DNA of 58,424 bases, filler included, from a bacterium (GTDB lineage Bacteria > UBA9089 > CG2-30-40-21 > SBAY01), in NCBI GenBank assembly GCA_040757115.1. It is 4 parts of 4 records of this genome, joined end to end, with 100 filler letters (N's around TTAATTAATTAA, not from the genome) between each part and the next. Parts side by side here need not be neighbours in the genome. Positions count along the whole stretch, not along the records: positions 44,131 to 58,424 come from JBFLYA010000093.1; 3 more parts are not named here. One strand, given 5' to 3'. The position numbers were made by a program, and so were the translations under genes. Of this stretch, positions 58,275-58,424 are shown one piece after another. How positions within the stretch are numbered: position 1 is the stretch's first letter; every line of letters begins with the position of its first letter. Under the pieces are notes generated by a model, which was given only the letters and a program-made list of their open reading frames with translations, did not search any database and was not told the DNA's origin.

Positions 58275-58406
58275 GTCTAACGATAAAGTTCAGGTGGGGC
58301 GGGGAGAATTACCACAAAAGTTTGATAGCAAGATAAAACTTTGAGAGACCACAAAACTCTGACCACGGCACAGTCCCCCGCCGTCAACTGCAACGCAGGG
58401 TTAGAC
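58275..58406 (-). mobile_element. Integron attC site 9 (minus strand), belonging to a fourth ORF-less cassette
   Basis: Reverse complement of the attC1/3/6 type, followed by the inverted ORF-less cassette tail to the window end. Confidence 0.92.
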
Positions 58407-58424
58407 AAAAGCTCTGATTCGCTG

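Noticed and set aside
44329-58406. Spaced repeats considered as a CRISPR array
   Set aside because: Repeats are 132 bp, separated by genes, have attC architecture, and no cas genes are present
44131-58424. Integron integrase or attI
   Set aside because: No tyrosine recombinase ORF is in the window and no attI is recognisable
1-58424. tRNA, rRNA or riboswitch
   Set aside because: None recognised by eye; intergenic hairpins are explained by repeat families. An Rfam/tRNAscan run would be needed to exclude them

Overview
The window is four unrelated contigs (1-14820, 14921-29549, 29650-44030, 44131-58424) of an AT-rich, diderm bacterial draft genome or MAG. They are joined by artificial N-linkers containing TTAATTAATTAA and appear in decreasing length order, so adjacency across gaps means nothing. 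Contigs 1-3 hold envelope and housekeeping genes: CapD-type dehydratase, O-antigen ligase, GT4/GT9, DinG, recA, leuC, alaS, a PAS kinase/receiver pair, PorV, two giant secreted proteins and an unannotated 30-aa bS22-like protein. Their intergenic DNA is full of nested miniature elements with GTAAC/GTAAG-NN-TTCA termini, several carrying internally deleted GxxExxY nuclease genes, and at least one has a clean 8-bp target duplication. Contig 4 is an integron cassette array with no integrase in view: nine 132-133 bp attC sites in two convergent arms meeting at a 19-bp collapsed attC. It carries defence/TA cassettes (ATPase, 2x MNT-HEPN, Mrr-like nuclease, disabled MjaI-like RM, HicBA), a promoter-only cassette and a repeated ORF-less hairpin cassette. 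The best candidate for a new system is a ~6 kb cassette in which a HinP1I-like RM pair has been gutted. In its place is an operon of small ORF + SPPY DNA methyltransferase + Ser/Thr kinase-P-loop ATPase fusion + tandem CARF/DUF6293-like protein. Family assignments come from motif recognition by eye; no searches were run.
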